Positions 52,628-64,000 of a DNA stretch of 64,000 bases are shown here, one piece after another. The DNA is from Octopus vulgaris (taxonomy: Eukaryota), in contig OX597824.1 in NCBI GenBank assembly GCA_951406725.2, positions 5,704,001 through 5,768,000 on the forward strand, read 5' to 3'. Numbering within the stretch: position 1 is the stretch's first letter; every line of letters begins with the position of its first letter. Position numbers and translations under genes: made by a program. The notes beneath the pieces were generated by a model. That model was not told the DNA's origin and ran no database searches. It worked only from the letters and a program-made list of their open reading frames with translations.

Positions 52628-52859
52628 CTACACACGCATGGAGACACACACACACACAGTGTAGTTGTGATAAATGCTCGCATTTTTACATTACAAATTA
52701 CCTGAAATTTAAACCATGGATCATTTTTTCATTTGTACGAAAGTCTTTCATCACACATCTGTGACCGGTTCAATGACCTTTCAAGCATCAAACAAATAAT
52801 TAAAGAACAGCAGCAGCAATAGCACTACCAAAACCACCACCAGCAACAACAACAACAAC

Positions 52860-52871
52860 AACAGTAACATC

Positions 52872-52903
<32 letters not shown>

Positions 52904-52916
52904 TGATGATGATGAT

Positions 52917-52951
<35 letters not shown>

Positions 52952-53645
52952 TGATGGTGGTGGCGTTGTTGTTGGTGGTGGTGATGATGTTGATGATGAT
53001 GATGATGGTGATGATGATTATTATTATTATTATTATTATTATGGTGATGGTGATAATGATGATGGTGATGATGATGATTATGGTGATGGTGATGATGATG
53101 ATGGTGATTATGGTAATGTTGGTGATGATGATGATGAATTTGATAATGATGATGATGATGATGGTGATGGTGATGATGATGATTATTATTATTATTATTA
53201 TGGTGATGGTGATAATGATGATGGTGATGATAATGATTATGGTGATGGTGATGATGATGATGGTGATTATGGTAATGTTGATGATGATGATGATGAATTT
53301 GATAATGATGATGATGATCATGATGATGGTGATGATCATGATTATTATTATTATTATTATGGTGATGGTGATAATGATGATGGTGAAGATGATGATTATG
53401 GTGATGGTGATGATGATGATGGTGATTATGGTAATGTTGGTGATGATGATGATGAATTTGATAATGATGATGATGATGATGGTGATGGTGATGATGATGA
53501 TTATTATTATTATTATTATGGTGATGGTGATAATGATGATGGTGAAGATGATGATTATGGTGATGGTGATGATGATGATGATGAATTTGATAATGATGAT
53601 GATGATGATGTGATGGTGATGATGATGATGATGATGAATTTGATA
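52860..53645. repeat. (ATG/GTG/ATT) compound microsatellite with ~150-180-bp higher-order units
   Basis: Markers ggtgattatggtaatgttg and gatgaatttgataatg recur 3-5 times. Confidence 0.9.
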
Positions 53646-54045
53646 GTGATATCTTTAATTAGTCACAGAGGAGTCAAATATATTGGACATTGCTTGGACA
53701 GTTTATATTTTGTGTTGGTGTTTTACGTAAAACGATGAACAGGAAGGAAGGCAACGGAGAGAGAACTGAGATCAAAAATATATTTAAATAACGAGCAAAA
53801 TACGAAAGGTGCAGTTCTCCAGAGAAGAAAGAACAAGGGTCAACGAAGGAAAGGCACAGATCCAGGCTCACCTTTATGACCAAAGGCACAGTCCCCTGGC
53901 ATGCTTAGAGTCGCTCCATACATTCGAACCATTCTTCACACTATCATATATAATTATAAATTAAATAGCAATCAATCACTGGGGTCGATGTGATCGACTA
54001 TCCCCCTTACCTGAAATTCCAGGCCTTGTGCCTATAATAAGAAGG

Positions 54046-54081
<36 letters not shown>

Positions 54082-54635
54082 GAGTGAGAGAGCAGTTCAT
54101 GCCATCAAAATGACACTGGGGTAAAATATACGAAGCCCAGTATACCCATCATGACTACCTGTCTGATAAGGGTACACCAGGCACATGCATCACAACCGTA
54201 TGTGTACGATATGGTGATCTTATATCAAGATAAACAGCACATGACCTTGCAGGTGGAACCCAGTTAGAATTTTCTGCAAGTTGAGTAGCCCTTCCCGCTC
54301 AAAAGGTCCCTGAATAAGGGTTTTTCAAGGATGATGAACAAAACACCCATGTTTACAATTGTGAATTAGCCAAACCCCAAAGAATTCCTCTCAACACATG
54401 GCTACGATGCTCCCCCACTACTTCTGCTCGTGATCAGAGATGCACATATCGTCAGCCACTAAGGGACATGCTCAACTGGTTAAGGCCAAACAACTGACAA
54501 GCAAATCTGTGGGATTGAACAGAATATTTGCTGTAGCCCATCTTTTATACCTAGGCAAAACAATATACATGATAACATTTCCAAGCAGTTAAGATGTGAG
54601 GCCATGAGGGCCACTGCTTGGTACTGCATCAGGAA

Positions 54636-54637
<2 letters not shown>
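54082..54637. mobile_element. Unclassified ~555-bp non-coding insertion within (TTA)n
   Basis: Higher-GC block with pure (TTA)n on both flanks; no credible ORF, TIR or tRNA head seen. Confidence 0.5.
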
Positions 54638-54694
<57 letters not shown>

Positions 54695-54759
54695 GTAGTA
54701 GTAGTAGTAGTATTATTATTGTTATTATTATTATTACTATTATCATCATTATTATTATT

Positions 54760-54895
54760 GTGTTGCACAGCTTCTAACGCGGCAGATGTACTTCGGTGTC
54801 AGCTGTTCACTACCAGTGAACTAAGGTAACACCCCCAATTTTTCAAGCATCATCCGGAGTATTCGAGTGGTTCTAAGCAGTGTTGTTTTCTGCAC
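54760..54895 (-). mobile_element. R4/Dong-like 3' end, family C
   Basis: QKTTLLRTTRILRMMLE; 3'UTR homologous to 63150-63210 and 56185-56260. Confidence 0.8.
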
Positions 54896-54959
<64 letters not shown>

Positions 54960-55066
54960 GGTCTTATTCTTGATACATTTTATGTGGGTAGCATGGTTCT
55001 TGCTGTAACCTTTGACATCCCTATGCTTTCAATCATCTACCAAGTGCACAAAACCCACCTCATATT

Positions 55067-55133
<67 letters not shown>

Positions 55134-55237
55134 GGACTCTCCATTTCAATCAATTCCAACCATTTGTCTATATCATAACTCAGTTCCTAATGCAACAATT
55201 GTTACAGGCACCAATTATTATTATTATCATAATTATT

Positions 55238-55547
55238 CCCTGAAATCTCTCAAATTATTTTGCTGGGTATCATGGAAAATATCAGCTGCCCACCCCCTAG
55301 CAAGCTGAGGTGACACATGTTTACTGATAATGCTTCAAGAACCCTTCGAAGAACTCTAGCACTTCCAAGCAACGATAATTTTTGTAGGCGTTCTATCTTT
55401 ACATTCGTTCCAATCTTTTCGAGAAACGTTGGTAGTTGAGTACAAATCACAACTGATATCACGTCCACTCTTTTTAAAGCCCAGAACCTGCGTATTTCAT
55501 GCTTCAATTCATTATGGTCGCTCATTTTTTCTTCATATTTCTCTTCG

Positions 55548-55548
<1 letters not shown>
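55238..55548 (-). mobile_element. R4/Dong-like REL C-terminus, family D
   Basis: HNELKHEIRRFWALKRVDVISVVI...IERLQKLSLLGSARVLRRVLEA. Confidence 0.8.
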
Positions 55549-55580
<32 letters not shown>

Positions 55581-55700
55581 AATAATAATATTTTTATTAT
55601 TATTATTAATAATAATATATTTATTAATATTATTAATAATAATATTTTTATTATTATTATTAATAATAATATTTTTATTATTATTATTATTGCTATTATA

Positions 55701-55751
<51 letters not shown>

Positions 55752-55849
55752 GTTATTATTATTATTATTACTATTATTATTATTATTATTATTAATAATA
55801 ATAATATTTTATTATTATTATTATTAATATTATTAATAATAATATTTTA

Positions 55850-55935
<86 letters not shown>

Positions 55936-55960
55936 GCTGCTGCTGCTGTTGCTGCTGCAG
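55548..55960. repeat. (TTA)/(TTG)/(CTG) compound microsatellite
   Basis: Seen directly. Confidence 0.95.
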
Positions 55961-55965
55961 CTGCT

Positions 55966-56152
55966 ATTTCCATTTCAGTTCTCAGAGCCTTCGATTTTAC
56001 TTGCTTTGACTAATTCTGTAAGAGCCCCTCACAGGATCTCTTTCCGCGAAACTTAACACCTAAGTGCCAATCTCAAGATCCTAGCTGTCCATAAAAAAGC
56101 AGTTCCATGAGACATGTTCTATATTCATGTCAATCCCAATTTCTCCAAACAT
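55966..56152 (-). mobile_element. R4/Dong-like 3' end, family E
   Basis: EIGIDMNIEHV..TAFLWTARILRLALRC*. Confidence 0.6.
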
Positions 56153-56184
56153 TATTAATAAATACTATCATTTATTGTCTATGT

Positions 56185-56677
56185 AGAGCCTCTAAAGCTG
56201 GAGGTGTACTACGGTGCCAGCTGTTCACTACCAGTGAACTAAGGTAACACCTCTTATTTTTCGAGCATCTTCCGGAGTATTTGAGCGGTTCCAAGCAGCG
56301 TTGCTTTCTGCAAGTGCTCCACCCTTATTGCAGCCCCTATTTGTTCCATGTACTTCTCAAGATGTTTACTCACTGTTCCCAGGGCTCCGACAATTATTGG
56401 TACTACCACCACCACCTTTTTTCAGCGACCACAACTGCATAACCTCCCATATTTACCAACTTTTCTTTCTTCCTAATTGTATACCATTTTGTCAGCTGGG
56501 TATGCTGTATTTATGATCCAGCATCGTTTGCTTTCGTTCTCAATTAACATTATGTCCGGCTTCCTATTCTCTATTTCATGGTTACTATGAAACATAAATC
56601 CCATAGAATCTTTGCATTATCATTTTCAATGATGCCTTCGGGTTTATGTTCGTACCACTCTTTTGCTCTGTCAAGTA

Positions 56678-56680
<3 letters not shown>
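56185..56680 (-). mobile_element. R4/Dong-like REL domain, family C, 5'-truncated
   Basis: LDRAKEWYEHKPEGIIENDNAKILWD...RKPDIMLI...VVVVPIIVGALGTVSKHLEKY...HLQKATLLGTAQILRKML. Confidence 0.88.
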
Positions 56681-56752
<72 letters not shown>

Positions 56753-56771
56753 CATTATTATTATTATTATC

Positions 56772-56802
<31 letters not shown>

Positions 56803-56803
56803 G

Positions 56804-56848
<45 letters not shown>

Positions 56849-56861
56849 TGGTACTACTACT

Positions 56862-57245
56862 CACGTTCTGAGTTCAAATTCTGCGGAGGTTGACTTTACT
56901 TTTCAACCTCTCAGAATCCTTGAAATACGTCCCAGCTGAATACTGGGGTTGATGTAATCGACTTATACCCCTCGCCTAAACTTACGGGCCTTGTGCCAAA
57001 ATTTGAGATCAATATTAATATTTTTATTATGGTTGCGAACTGGCAGAATGGCTAACACGTGGGGAAAATTGCTTAGCGGCCTTTGGCTCGTCTCTACGTT
57101 CTGAGTTCAAATTCTCCCGAGGTCAACTTTGCTTTTCAACCTTTCGTGGTCGATAAATTAAATACTAGTGAAACACTGGGCTCGATTTAATCGACTAGTT
57201 TCTTCCCCAAAATTCCAGGCCTTGCACCTTCAGTAGAAAGGGTTA
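56862..57245 (+). mobile_element. Two tandem S4 SINE copies
   Basis: Two cgttctgagttcaaattc...ggt(t/c)(g/a)acttt...actgggg units. Confidence 0.8.
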
Positions 57246-58305
57246 GTATTATTACAACAAATATATTCTTTATTCATCTCTAAAAAATATTTAGAAAAGA
57301 CTAAAATATGTCGTAGCTCTTAAATTTTACTTCATTAAGTTTCAGCGCGTGAATATCTCAACTGATATTCCAAATTCAATATGTATAATTGAAATATAGT
57401 TTAACTGTTTGTACAGCTTCTGTTGTATATTTGCATTCGAAAGCATTAAACAAAAACTCTCCTAATACGATATAATGCTGATATTGTGATGCAAATTTTC
57501 AATCGTTCAGCCGATACCACGACTCCCTATCGAATTAACCTACATGCAGTTCTTTCAAGTATAGAAACCGTAGGTATTTGTATGATCATATATGTACATG
57601 TTTTACTAGAATTTATTTACAATTAGATAAAGGTGTGCTTGTTGCCTGAAGTGAATTTCAGTAAATTCGTCTCCTTAAATATAAAATAGATCATATCTGT
57701 AGTATTTCCTACACTAATTCACGGAAATATTTTAACCTAAAGCCAATGGAACTTTTACATTATTATACTCCCCCCTCTCTCTCTATCACCCCTATTCCTT
57801 CTATCTTTTTACACTCTAATATATTTCTCTCTCTATCACTCTCCTCTTCTCTCCCCATTCCTACTTTCCAATTATCTGACCACTAACTTGTACACTTTCC
57901 CTTATTATCTCTCTCCTTGTTTTTCTTTTTTCTTTTTTCTTTTCTTTATTCCTCTCTTCAAGTTTTCTTCTTTTTTCTGTTACTTTATTCTTCTCTTTTC
58001 TTCCCTGTATTCCTCTCTTCCTATTTTCGATTTGACCTTACAAATATATTTCCCTACTTTTAGGTCACTTTAAATAAAACCCTTGATTCAATAGCACTGT
58101 GTACAAACTCTATACTTGGAATGACCAATTTTAAATACTATTGGAATTTACTGAAGGTATTGGAATCTTACATGTATACCATTCTGCCTAAATAATGGAT
58201 CTAAAAATGTAATATCCCTGCATATCTCACATCTATTTTCATTCCTCCACATCTCTATTTCGTATCTTATCTAAATTAACTATTGTTTAACCATTTTCTC
58301 ACACC

Positions 58306-58353
58306 GTCTCCGATGAAGGGATATAATAAATATCCTGGAAACAGCTGTAAGAC
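58306..58353 (+). ncRNA. Minimal hammerhead motif in a probable Penelope 3'-end remnant (~58090-58425)
   Basis: gtct CCGATGA a gggatat-aataa-atatcct g GAAA cagctg TA agac; upstream LKVLESLH resembles a GIY-YIG C-terminus. Confidence 0.7.
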
Positions 58354-58568
58354 CTTCTATTTATAAATGTTGTAAAATCTTCAAAGCCTTGGGTTTTTTT
58401 ATCTCTTTCTGAAAAAAAATTATATGTAAACATGCTGATATATGACCTACGTTGGACTCCTTATTTGCATAATCACCGAACCTGGAGCTTAACTACAGTC
58501 TGTCTATAGCACTTACTCAGCTTTACTTGAGACCTTTGGGTCTTAATGACATCATTACTTCTCATAAC

Positions 58569-58642
<74 letters not shown>

Positions 58643-58735
58643 ATCTGTGTGCATGTGTGCATGTGTATTTGTGCATGTGTGTAAGTATGATAATAGATAG
58701 ATAGCTGAATAGATAGATATACAAATACATACACT

Positions 58736-58783
<48 letters not shown>

Positions 58784-59424
58784 CACATACACTTACACAT
58801 ATTTAAATGAACATTCTATTTACGACTATCTCGTTTTTGACAATAGAATGTAGATCAATGTGCCCTTGAATTTTAAAAGTCACATCAGTCGAATGTGACT
58901 TGAAGGTGGTTTGGTTGCTATTTCTAGCTGCCGTTTGGAGCGTTGGCCTGTGAAATTTATATTGTATAAAAAGTGATAAACTACTACAGAATATAATTTG
59001 CAGCATACTTTAAATTCAACCTATTTTCTCATTGCGTTTCTATTTAGTTGCATTGCCCATTGATATAAGCGAAGGGAAACTATATTTACATATTTAACAC
59101 TTTTCCAATTTCCATTAAAATGTAAATGTATTGCAGATATATTTCACGTTAGATAGGGAATCGACGTACGTATTTACACGTATATGTGTGATTTTAATTA
59201 TTAAGCGAATAAATATTTAAATATTAGAATGATTATGTTACTGTAAGCCGTGCCTGGCATTGCCCAGATGTATTAATAACTACAATAAATTAACAGGATG
59301 ATCTAAGTTCATCTTGAAAATGTTCGGAGGGTTTGATTAACTCTGAAGTGTTTCATCCAAAACATTCAGAAGATGATTCGGAAGAGGTCCACAAAAATGT
59401 ACAAATAATGATTACCTTAAAAAG

Positions 59425-59480
<56 letters not shown>

Positions 59481-59735
59481 CATACACACACATATTTATA
59501 TATATACACACACATATATACACATATATAAATATATATATATATGTATCTTCGTGATCAAATGGTGTTGAGTGTGGTTTCCCTTTGCCTGGCAACTTGG
59601 GCAAATGTCGTAATTTTGGCTGACCGATAATTCGTGCTTGAAATTAAGACGCAAAACTTGTGCGAGAAAAACCATTATTACACACATATATGTATATATA
59701 CATACAAATAATATATGTATATGTATATATGTATA

Positions 59736-59771
<36 letters not shown>

Positions 59772-60640
59772 TGTGTGGTTGTATGAGTGTATGTGATTAT
59801 ATATGTGCAAATCTTTGTGTTTTTGTTTGTTCCTACCATCGCCTGACCACCGATGCTGGTTTATTTACGTATCCGCAGCTTAGCAGTTCGGCAAAATAAA
59901 ACGATAAAATGAGCACAAGGCTTAGAAAATAAAGATGGAACTCTCTCATCTACACTCGAACTCATACTTATGTAACGATACATGACGGGTATAACCTATA
60001 AATTTAATTTACAGGTTATAACTCCAGTATCCAAAGAAATTAATTTGGATATCTTCCACCGCCGACATTGGCACACAGGCTTCTTCTTCGTATAATACAA
60101 GTTGACTTTACAAATTCAATTGTCTCATATTCCAATATCTTCCTCATTAGCTTAGCAAACATTTTTGCCATCAAATATATTGTTTTTAAGCTGTTGTCTT
60201 ACGGAATAATATTAAATATTCATTGCAAAATTTTCTTTTTTTCGGAAATATTCATTCGACATATTGTTCGAGTTTTATTTGAATGAATATTTTTCTGGTC
60301 ACAGAGAGTAATTATTAACCTAATTTCCTATATTACATCTTTAAAATACCACCAACAAAATAATGTAGTACGCACTCTTAATTAGAAGTGAAATAGAAAA
60401 TGACGGCGCGAATTCGTTTTTCAATATGGTTTCTAGACAAGCAAGGTATAACACCTAAGTCACGCTCACGTGACACACAACAGTCTTAGTTAGTTTATGT
60501 AGCAAGTGAGGCGATAGACAAAGTGATGAACCTGATGCAATAACATCATGGCTGAGCCACTTTAGGAAGTGAAAATCAGAATTTTCTTAATTCATTTACA
60601 GTATCACCAATCTTTGTGTATATATATATATATATATATA

Positions 60641-61854
60641 CAGGGGTTGGACAAAATAATGGAATCACCTACCATCATAGCATCATGATTTTGAAATATC
60701 TATAAAACCATCAAAAGCTTGTTTATTTTTATGTATTTTTTTAATTTATTATTAGTGTTGCTGAATATGATTTGCTAAAATTGCTGTTTCTTTTCAGATA
60801 TTATCAGAAAAAGTTAAATAAAATTCATTAAGCTGATAGAGTTATCGGACTTTCAAAGAGGTCAAATCGTTGGTGCTCGTTTTTTCCGGTGCTAGCGTAA
60901 CAGCCGAATTGTTTGGTATATCAAGAAGTACTGACTCGAAAGGGATGACAGCCTTTGAGAAAGAAGGAAACATCTCCTCGCTAAAACTAAACTCCAGAAG
61001 AAAACCAAAACTTTCAGATTGGGACCGAATTGTCAGAAAGGATCATAAAAGTACAGCTCCCAAAATTACTGCAGAGCTTAATGACCATCCCAAGAACCCA
61101 GTTTCAACAAAAGTTGTTCGCGAGGAGCTGCACAAAGCCGGATTTCATAGGGGGCCTGCAATCAGAAAACCACTACCTTCAGAAACAAACGTTGCAAAGC
61201 GTAAAAGTCTACAGAATTAGTCCCTAGAGCAGTGGAAGAATGTTATTTTCGCAAATGAGACATCCTTTATTTTATATCCGACAACCGACCGAGTATATGT
61301 GTAGAGACAGCCAAATGAAGCATTTGACCAGACTGCCTTCTTCCAACTGTTAAACATGGAGGAGAATCTGTGTTGATTTGGGGTCCTATATTTTGGAAAT
61401 CTGCCGGTCCAATTGTTTTAGGTCATGGCAGAAATAATATCCAAGACTATTTAAGCAATTTATCGGATGAAATTCATCCTATTGTTGCGGAACTGTCTCC
61501 GGAGCGAAACGCAATCTTTCAGGATGATAATGCACCAATTCACACAGCTAAACCTGTTACTTAGTGGCACGAGAAGATTCTAGTAAAGGTGAACATCTTA
61601 TCTGGCCACCACGGTCCCCAGATCTCAATATTATTGAACATTTATGGTGCATTTTAGAAAACAAAAACAAGTAAAGAGTCGATATCCTGCACCATCATCA
61701 CTACAAGACCTGGAGACAGTCTTAGCAGCGGAATGGACAAAAATTCCATGCCTCGAAGAATTCAAGCTGTAATTTCTGCTAAAGGCGGTCCTACTCTATA
61801 TACAAAATAAATTTGTTTGAAATATTAAGAGTTGTCTATTATTTTGTTGAACCC

Positions 61855-61857
<3 letters not shown>
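60641..61857 (+). mobile_element. Near full-length Tc1 (DD34E-type) transposon with a dead transposase
   Basis: TIRs caggggttggacaaaataat / attattttgttgaacccctg in (TA)n; LSDFQRGQIVGAR, WKNVIFANE, VKHGGESVLIWG, FQDDNAPIH, WPPRSPDLNIIEHLW; frameshifts and stops. Confidence 0.95.
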
Positions 61858-61950
<93 letters not shown>

Positions 61951-61955
61951 ATATG

Positions 61956-61991
<36 letters not shown>

Positions 61992-62239
61992 TATACTGTC
62001 TCGTCACTGAATTGACGACTATAACTGTTGCTTTTTGGTTATAAATTGCGAATAGCCACACACATACATACACATATACATAAACATTTATATACACATA
62101 CACAAAGATACACACACACGCATATAATACTCTCATCCACACACATATATATACACATGCACACATACATATATGTATATATACAGACATACAGGGACAC
62201 GCAAACACACACACACACACATATGTATATACATGCCTT

Positions 62240-62695
62240 TTAGATCCATATTGAATACGTTATTTTTTGTTCGGGTTATTTGATCTTAAAGCCTTTACCA
62301 AATCCTTCATCAACTCATATTTTACCGTCTCACCTTTGTTAATCTTTCCTTTTTAAGCTAGGTATTCTTTTTAAATCAACATACTTCACGTGGGATTTCG
62401 GCTGACCTTTCCTTTGTCTTTCTGATAAATTTACATCAGATCTTAATATTTTTATTTTCCCTTGTATTCTATTCCACCATGATTCTTGCATCTCAATCCC
62501 ACTTGTGATGTCTTTCAAGACTAATCCATTTACCATATATGTATTAAATGCTTTTATCACATTGTTCATTTATAATGTTTGTGTTCGTATGATGGATAAT
62601 TCTTTTTACTTTTAGGTTATCACTTCCAGTTTAATCCTATCATAATTCTATTACATTTCTTGAATGCTTTTCAACAAAAAAGAATTAGCATAATT
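62240..62695 (-). mobile_element. R4/Dong-like ORF fragment upstream of the RT domain
   Basis: ESWWNRIQGKIKILRSDVNL resembles the PWWKRRI..KI..LR.D motif. Confidence 0.55.
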
Positions 62696-62723
62696 CCTAA
62701 TAATAATAATAATAATAATAATG

Positions 62724-62770
<47 letters not shown>

Positions 62771-62774
<4 letters not shown>

Positions 62775-63210
62775 CAAACAACGTGTGGGATTTTAAGATT
62801 CAGTGCGACAATGAGATAGAGAATACGAAAGCCAGACATAGTTTTAACTAATAAAGAAAACAGTCTATGCTGGATGATAGACATAGCATGCCCAGCTGAC
62901 AACAAGGTATGCGATAAGGAAGAAAGAAAAGTCGTGAGATATGACAGGTTAGCTTGGGGAGTTAAGCAGTCGTAGTCGATGAAAAAGGCAGCAGTAGTAA
63001 TAAAAATTGCCGGAGACCAGGAATCAGTGAGCAAAAATGTCGAAAAGCACTTGGAACAAATAAGGGCTGCAATAAGGGTGGAGCACTTGTAGAAAAACAG
63101 CACTGCTTGTAACCGCTCGAATACTCCAGAAGGTTCTAGCAAAATAAGGAGTGTTAGTGAACAGCTGACACTGTAGTACATCTCCTGCGTTAGAAGCTGT
63201 GTAAAGGCAA
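62771..63210 (+). mobile_element. R4/Dong-like REL domain and 3'UTR, family C, between (TAA)n arrays
   Basis: WDFKIQCDNEIE..KPDIVLTNKENSLCWMIDIACPADNKV...TARILQKVL. Confidence 0.9.
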
Positions 63211-63212
63211 TA

Positions 63213-63254
<42 letters not shown>

Positions 63255-63279
63255 TATTATTATTATTATAATAATGATG

Positions 63280-63325
<46 letters not shown>

Positions 63326-63444
63326 TAATAATAATAATAATATTAATAATAATATTAATAATAATAATAATGATAATAATAATAATAATAATAATGATAA
63401 TAATAATAATAATAATGATAATAATAATAATAATAATAATAATG

Positions 63445-63476
<32 letters not shown>
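63210..63476. repeat. (TAA)n array
   Basis: Seen directly. Confidence 0.95.
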
Positions 63477-63478
<2 letters not shown>

Positions 63479-63900
63479 GGCCAACAGACCAGATATAGTC
63501 GTCAAAGATCATGAAGAAGAAAAATGCTTTCTAATTAATGTATCAATACCGGCAGATGACAACGTGTCTCTAAAAGAAATGGAGAAACTCTCAAAATACA
63601 AAGACCTGGAAATAGAGGTAACCATAATGTGGAATCTAAAAAACAGAAACAATTCCTATCATAGTAGGTGCATTAGGCATGATAAAAAAATATTCAGACA
63701 AATACATAACAAAAACACCAGGACTTACAAACACATATAATATACATAAAATTGCAGTACTAGGCACTGCACACCTCCTACGCAGAACATTCTCCATACA
63801 ATAACCATCAGAGCATCACAACAAAGCACAGAACATACCCAAGGCACACAGAGCTGCGCTCGGTAGTGAAGTGAAAGCAAGCTATAAAAATAAAACTACT
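63477..63900 (+). mobile_element. R4/Dong-like REL domain and 3'UTR, family B, between (TAA)n arrays
   Basis: KANRPDIVVKDHEEEKCFLINVSIPADDNVSLKEMEKLSKYKDLEIEVTIMWNLK..IPIIVGALGMIKK. Confidence 0.92.
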
Positions 63901-63917
63901 AAATAATAATAATAATG

Positions 63918-64000
<83 letters not shown>

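Noticed and set aside
52900-53613. 237-aa Met-rich ORF
   Set aside because: Product of the (ATG/GTG/ATT) array; no unique sequence or splice context

Overview
AT-rich, repeat-saturated eukaryotic DNA. The tRNA-derived SINE families and the very high microsatellite load resemble an octopus (coleoid cephalopod) genome; this is recognition from memory, not a database check. No intact known protein-coding gene is recognisable, and most ORFs in the track are microsatellite artefacts. Supported content: (1) about a dozen mostly 5'-truncated R4/Dong-like non-LTR retrotransposon fragments (REL endonuclease) clustered in (TAA)n arrays; (2) a Penelope-like element (RT C-terminus plus GIY-YIG); (3) seven minimal type-I hammerhead ribozyme motifs, several with a CCGAnGA core; (4) RTE-like LINE remnants; (5) decayed Tc1, mariner and maT-like transposons, a hAT MITE and a non-autonomous Helitron; (6) four abundant tRNA-derived SINE families; (7) a 289-bp near-perfect inverted duplication of an already-inserted SINE; (8) a weakly supported minus-strand spliced transcript (about 23.1 kb to 11.2 kb) that could encode an unrecognised ~120-aa basic protein. 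Boundaries of decayed repeats are approximate.
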